DNA of 47,169 nt from an uncultured Lachnospiraceae bacterium (GTDB taxonomy: Bacteria; Bacillota; Clostridia; Lachnospirales; Lachnospiraceae). Numbering within the stretch: the stretch's first letter is position 1; the number at the start of each line of letters is the position of its first letter. Below the pieces are notes generated by a model. That model made no database searches. It had not been told where the DNA came from and was given only the letters and a program-made list of their open reading frames with translations. The position numbers and the translations under genes are program-made. This document shows positions 42,957 through 47,169 of the stretch, piece after piece. The DNA is taken from the NCBI GenBank assembly GCA_946618155.1, contig CAMOKZ010000001.1, positions 1-47,169 on the forward strand, given 5' to 3'.

Positions 42957-45758
42957 TCATTCTTCCGCGTCAAGTTCTTTCAGCCGCTTTGCCGCCGCCC
43001 TGCGGATCCAGGGCTCCCTGTCCTCGGCCGCGATCCGTCCGAGCAGCTCCCTGTCCTCCAGGCGGGCGCATGCCGCCTCCCGGATCAGGGTATAGGGATC
43101 CTCCAGCGCCATCCGGGCAAGGAGAGCTTGGGTCTGCACTCTCCTGATCAGAGCCAGGCGTTTTGCACCCTCCGGCATACCCGCCAGAAGCTCCCGGAAA
43201 ACATCCGCGTCGCCAAGCTGTTCCAGTGCGGCCAGCCGCACGCCCTCACGCGGATCGCGTTTCGAGATATCCAGCAGCAGCTCCCTGTCAGCGCCGCTCT
43301 CCAGACGCCTGACCGCTTCGATCCGCACATCAGCGTCTTCATCCCCGCGCGCGGTCTGCCGGAGGATGTCCCGGCTTTCCAGCCGGCGCACAGCCGCCAT
43401 CCGCACATACGGATCCATATGCTGCTGCGCGATCCGGCCGAGGTCTTCCTGAGAGGTAAGCTGCCCGACAACGGCGATCTGCACGTCCAGATACCGGGTA
43501 TTGTTCAGGATGTGGCGAAGCAGCGCCTGGCTGCGGATCCTGCCGACCGCCGCTTTTTTCTCCTCTCCGGTCCACCGGCCCTTCTTGTCGAGGGCGATGG
43601 CGGCAAGACGCAGCGGGTTGATGATCTTTCCAATGTCAGACCCCGGTTTATCTCCCTGCTGTTCCTGCTGCTTCTGCTCTCTTTGCCGGTCCTGCCGGCT
43701 CTGCTCTTCCTGCTTCCATCCTGTAACCAGAAATTCTTCCGGGATAACGGGCACTTTCAGCGAGCTGCAGCCCGCAAAGGCGCCGTCCGGACAGACGGTC
43801 ACGCTCTGCGGGATCTGCACGTACTCAAGGTTCCGGGAATCAAAGAACGCCGATTCCTCGATCTCCTTTACCCCTTCCTGCAGGACGACCTTCCTGAGTC
43901 CCCGGCAGTGCGACAGGGTCATGCGGCCGATCTTCTCCACAGTGCCCGGTACGGTGAGTTCATACAGACCGGTACAGCCCTGCAGCATGCACACGCCCAG
44001 CTCGCGCAGCCCCTCATGGAGGGTGAGGGAGCGCAGGCCGGTGCAGCCGTCAAAGGCGTTATTGCCGATGGTGCGGACGCCTGCCGGCACATCGATGGCG
44101 GCCAGGCTCCTGCACGCGTCAAACACGGAGTAATGCAGCGCCTCCACGTGTTCAGGCAGACGGACGGCGGTGAGGGATGAGCACTCTTTAAACGCCCGCG
44201 GACCGATCTTCGTGATGCTGTCCGGCAGATAGACCGTGTCCAGACCGGAGCAGCCAAGGAAAGCCTCGTCTCCGATCTCCTCCACGCCCTCCGGGATCTC
44301 AATCGTCAGCAGATCCCTGCGGCCTTTGAATGCTCCGGGAAAAATGACCGTCACCGGGAGCCCGCCGTACTCCGGCTCGATCACGGCATGCGGTCCCCCG
44401 TGATACCGGGTGAGGTATATTCCCCCGTTTTCCACGATGTATTCAAAACCCGGAATCTGAGACAGTTCCCTGCAGCTGTTCGCGGAAAGCCAGTTGGCCA
44501 GCCGGACGGCCCTCTCCTCTTCGGTTCCCGCGTCATATTTCAGGCTGTGCTGCTCGCTGAGCTCTGCAAGATCCTCCGGCAGCACGCTGTCATCCAGATA
44601 GTAGAGCGAGATCCTCTTCTCCAGGGCAAAGGCAAGGCGAAGCTCCTCCACGCCTTTCCCTGCAAGGTATCCGCGGTCCACAAAGGCGATAAAACAGGCG
44701 CAGCCCCGGATGAGGCGCTGCGCATCGCCGGACGCGTCCCCGGCGCTGTCCATCACGACGCTGCCCTTTTCTCTCAGGTCATCGGCAAGCGCCCTTCCCC
44801 TCTCCCCGGTATAGCTTGCGCAGGCGTAGGTCTTTGCAGCGGTCTCAGACATCTCCCGGACCGCCATGGAATCATCGCGGATGATGGTGACGAAGCTGCA
44901 TCTGCTTCCCACGGAATAAGCGGCAGAGCCCGGCGCACAGTGAAGGGTCAGGCGCTTCTGCACCGGATTGATGGAGAGCTTTGCGCACCAGTTCTCATCA
45001 AACTGCGTGACAGAGGACGGAACATAGACATCTGTGACGGCTCCGGGGTCATAGACACAGCCGAAGGTCGCCATGCCGATCCTTTGCAGCGTCGGCGGGA
45101 AATGCACCTCGGTGACCTGCGTCTGGTCGAAGAAGGTCATGGACGTCTCCAGGACCTTAAGGCCGCTTCCGGCCGGATATTCCTCCGGGACATGGACGAC
45201 GCTGTCCCCGCCGCGATAGCGGAGGAGACGGACTCCGCCCACACACCGGCCGAACTCATATTCCGCGTCCTTTGCCGCCACGGCGGGTGAGAGCAGAATA
45301 CGGCGGGGTCTTGCTTCTCTCTCTTCGCCTTTTGCGGCGCATCCGGCACTTTCCAGCAGCTGTTCGATCCCATCCTCCCCTGCCCGGGGACAGGCAGAGA
45401 GATCAAAGTCCGCGAACTGCGCCCCGTCGTCCAGCTGGCAGACCAGAATGGTCTTCCCGAATTCCAGCGCCTGCGGCAGCTCATACCGGTTGATATAGCA
45501 GCTGTCAACGGACTGGCTCGTCACAAAAAGCAGAAAAAGCGCACAGTTCTCCTCGTGGGCGCGCAGGACCTCATCGTACGCATCGCCGATCTCCAGCCCC
45601 TCATCGTACCAGAACCGCCAGCCCTTCTCATACAGCCTTCTGAGTATGGGAAAGATTCTCTTCCTGTCCCGGTGCGAATAGCTGACAAAGATATACGGCT
45701 GTTCCTCATCCGCCGGAAACGGTGCGGTAATGCTTTCGTATGCCTGATGTTCCTTCAT
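42957..45758 (-). CDS. cytoplasmic multidomain TIR - LRR(BspA-type) - TIR-like - LRR(BspA-type) - HEAT-repeat protein
   Basis: I prefer the ATG at 45758 (MKEHQAYES..., 933 aa), with AGGGGGG upstream. TIR1 is aa 21-115 (nt 45414..45698): YIFVSYSHRDRKRIFPILRRLYEKGWRFWYDE...SCYINRYELPQAL, with the conserved Glu. TIR-like 2 is aa 309-392 (nt 44583..44834). The LRR_5-type repeats are at aa 165-290 and aa 440-670 (IGDEAFLGCSGLDTVYLPDSITKIGPRAFKECSSL...). A Gln/Glu/Arg linker follows. The HEAT/PBS-lyase-like repeats are aa 740-930 (DPYVRMAAVRRL, DADVRIEAVRRL, REGVRLAALEQL, EPWIRRAAAKRL). There is no signal peptide. Confidence 0.8.
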   Translation of the reverse strand: MKEHQAYESITAPFPADEEQPYIFVSYSHRDRKRIFPILRRLYEKGWRFWYDEGLEIGDAYDEVLRAHEENCALFLLFVTSQSVDSCYINRYELPQALEFGKTILVCQLDDGAQFADFDLSACPRAGEDGIEQLLESAGCAAKGEEREARPRRILLSPAVAAKDAEYEFGRCVGGVRLLRYRGGDSVVHVPEEYPAGSGLKVLETSMTFFDQTQVTEVHFPPTLQRIGMATFGCVYDPGAVTDVYVPSSVTQFDENWCAKLSINPVQKRLTLHCAPGSAAYSVGSRCSFVTIIRDDSMAVREMSETAAKTYACASYTGERGRALADDLREKGSVVMDSAGDASGDAQRLIRGCACFIAFVDRGYLAGKGVEELRLAFALEKRISLYYLDDSVLPEDLAELSEQHSLKYDAGTEEERAVRLANWLSANSCRELSQIPGFEYIVENGGIYLTRYHGGPHAVIEPEYGGLPVTVIFPGAFKGRRDLLTIEIPEGVEEIGDEAFLGCSGLDTVYLPDSITKIGPRAFKECSSLTAVRLPEHVEALHYSVFDACRSLAAIDVPAGVRTIGNNAFDGCTGLRSLTLHEGLRELGVCMLQGCTGLYELTVPGTVEKIGRMTLSHCRGLRKVVLQEGVKEIEESAFFDSRNLEYVQIPQSVTVCPDGAFAGCSSLKVPVIPEEFLVTGWKQEEQSRQDRQREQKQQEQQGDKPGSDIGKIINPLRLAAIALDKKGRWTGEEKKAAVGRIRSQALLRHILNNTRYLDVQIAVVGQLTSQEDLGRIAQQHMDPYVRMAAVRRLESRDILRQTARGDEDADVRIEAVRRLESGADRELLLDISKRDPREGVRLAALEQLGDADVFRELLAGMPEGAKRLALIRRVQTQALLARMALEDPYTLIREAACARLEDRELLGRIAAEDREPWIRRAAAKRLKELDAEE

Positions 45759-45787
45759 CGCGCAGCCCCCCTCTGCAGGAAAACACA

Positions 45788-45823
45788 TGAAGGCGCCTCC
45801 GGATCCCCATCCGATGACGCCTT
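45788..45823 (-). terminator. weak terminator-like hairpin between the histidine kinase and the TIR gene
   Basis: Minus strand: GAAGGCG (45823..45817) pairs with CGCCTTC (45794..45788) around a 22-nt loop, followed by ATGTGTTTTCC. The U-tract is poor. Confidence 0.25.
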
Positions 45824-45833
45824 CCTCAGCAGG

Positions 45834-47169
45834 TCACTTCGTATTGTCTGTTCTCTTTTCATTATACAGGATTTTGGGGAGCCGGACTACAAAAGTATTG
45901 CGGTATCTGCCGCCCTCCGCCGGCCTGCTGCTGACCGTGATCTTTCCGCCGTGCAGGTCCGCGATATTCTTCGCGATGGCAAGCCCCAGCCCGTGCCCTT
46001 CCACGGTCCTGCTGTGGGAAGGCTCCGCCCGGTAGAAGCGGTCAAAGATGCGCTCCCTGTCCGCCTGGCTGATCTCCTCCCCGATGTTTTCCACGGCAAG
46101 GAACGCGCTGCGTCCTTTCCCGGTCACGCTGACGGTGATCTCACTTCCCGGATCGGCGTATTTGATCGCATTGTTCAGCAGGATGACCGTCAGCTGACGG
46201 AGCATATCCCCGTTTCCCCTGCACAGGACATGCTCATCGATGCAGGTCCCGATGGTCTTGCCGGCGTCGAAGGCCGCGCTCTCAAGCGGCAGGATCGCGC
46301 CCAGCACCGCGTCCCCGAGATCCGTTTCTTCCAGGGGCACCGATGTTCCCGCCCTGTCCATGCGGGCGAGGGTCAGCAGGTTCTGGATCATCCTGCCGGT
46401 CCGCCGCACTTCGTCCGTGATCGCGGTGAGGGATTCGTTTTCCCCGATCTCCCCCTCAAGCGCCTGGGCGTTCGCGCTGATCACGGCCAGGGGCGTCTTC
46501 AGCTCGTGACTGGCGTCCGAGACGAACTGCCGCTGCCGGTCAAAGGCGTCCTGCACCGGCCTGATCAGGGCCCGGATAAGAATCGCCGCCCCGATGCAGA
46601 GGAGCAGGCAGGCGATGGCCGCGATCAGGGCGCTGGCTCTGAGCACCCTTCCGGCAGCCAGCAGCTCCAGCCGCTCGTCCAGCACGATCAGGAGCTGTTT
46701 TCCCTCCCGGCTGGTAAGGGAATAAAACTGGGTGCCGATATGCCCCTCGCTTTTTCCGCTCTCCAGGACAAGGGCCGTCATGTCGGCGACCTGTTCGTCG
46801 GAGTACAGGTAGGACCGGTCACTGGTCCAGGACTCCACCGCGCCGTCATCTCCTATGGTCACCACATAATAGTTGCCCAGAGCCGCCAGGGCGTTCCCGT
46901 TCCCCAGCCTGGGCGGCTGGCCTTTCTCTTCCGGGGCGCTCTTCCTGCCGGTCCTGCCCTGCCCGCGGCCCCTGTTCCCCTCCGGCAGGTCCGTGCCCGC
47001 CGCATCCGGCTCCGGCACATCCGTATCCGGCTCCGGCACACGCTCCCCGCTGTTCTCCGCCAGGATGGCCAGGGTACTTTTCGCCTGGGCGGAAATGTTC
47101 ATCCGGTTCATATAATTGATGAAAAAGACGATCCCCGCCGTGACCATAACCAGCACGGCGCATACCAGG
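45834..47169 (-). CDS. sensor histidine kinase; N-terminus probably beyond window edge
   Basis: It has the H-box FVSDASHELKTPLAVI and the HATPase_c motifs N (LLNNAIKYA), G1 (ENIGEEI) and G2 (GHGLGLAIAKNI). The reading frame stays open upstream of the GTG at 47156 to the window end. Confidence 0.85.
   Translation of the reverse strand, partial: LVCAVLVMVTAGIVFFINYMNRMNISAQAKSTLAILAENSGERVPEPDTDVPEPDAAGTDLPEGNRGRGQGRTGRKSAPEEKGQPPRLGNGNALAALGNYYVVTIGDDGAVESWTSDRSYLYSDEQVADMTALVLESGKSEGHIGTQFYSLTSREGKQLLIVLDERLELLAAGRVLRASALIAAIACLLLCIGAAILIRALIRPVQDAFDRQRQFVSDASHELKTPLAVISANAQALEGEIGENESLTAITDEVRRTGRMIQNLLTLARMDRAGTSVPLEETDLGDAVLGAILPLESAAFDAGKTIGTCIDEHVLCRGNGDMLRQLTVILLNNAIKYADPGSEITVSVTGKGRSAFLAVENIGEEISQADRERIFDRFYRAEPSHSRTVEGHGLGLAIAKNIADLHGGKITVSSRPAEGGRYRNTFVVRLPKILYNEKRTDNTK

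Noticed and set aside
47004-47040. 16-nt direct repeat (ATCCGGCTCCGGCACA x2, period 21 nt) in the histidine kinase gene.
   Set aside because: It is in frame and encodes a duplicated VPEPD motif in a Pro/Asp/Gly/Arg-rich insertion of the extracellular sensor region. It is a minor coding micro-duplication, with no evidence of regulatory or mobile function.

Overview
High-GC, Clostridia-like (Firmicutes) chromosomal window. It is almost fully coding, and most genes are on the minus strand. I saw no rRNA, tRNA, CRISPR array, transposase or integrase. Many long ORFs in the track are antisense shadows of the real genes, which is expected at this GC content.

Minus strand unless noted:
- purA (cut by the window edge) and purB.
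- A three-gene cluster of unknown function: a 1180-aa protein, a 392-aa protein and a TPR-like protein.
- nrdR.
- A TetM/EF-G-like translational GTPase fused to a Rae1/YacP-type NYN nuclease domain.
- A PRTase-like protein.
- A complete rnfCDGEAB operon preceded by a small FMN-binding protein.

Plus strand, divergent from rnf:
- apbE.
- A membrane-anchored protein with five tandem FMN-binding domains.
- An orphan MsmX/MalK-type sugar ABC ATPase.
- A PucR-like regulator.

Minus strand, continuing:
- marR plus a two-gene ABC exporter.
- rho, carrying a repeat-containing insertion.
- A sugar ABC operon (substrate-binding protein, two permeases, a hexokinase-family kinase, no ATPase).
- sufC and a sufB/D-like gene.
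- A DUF1232 protein.
- A free-standing group-II-like reverse transcriptase (RT) preceded by a structured non-coding segment and a promoter-driven 145-aa ORF.
- Several exported proteins (one of them on the plus strand).
- A 782-aa membrane / Rossmann / RyR-like protein, translationally coupled to a peptidoglycan-binding lipoprotein.
- A 933-aa cytoplasmic TIR-LRR-TIR-LRR-HEAT protein.
- A partial sensor histidine kinase.

Best candidates for unexplored biology, in order:
1. The orphan RT locus with its structured upstream RNA.
2. The TIR-LRR-HEAT protein and the neighbouring membrane protein.
3. The GTPase-NYN fusion.
4. The Rnf / ApbE / penta-FMN-binding cluster.

All family assignments come from motif recognition by eye. 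No database search was run.
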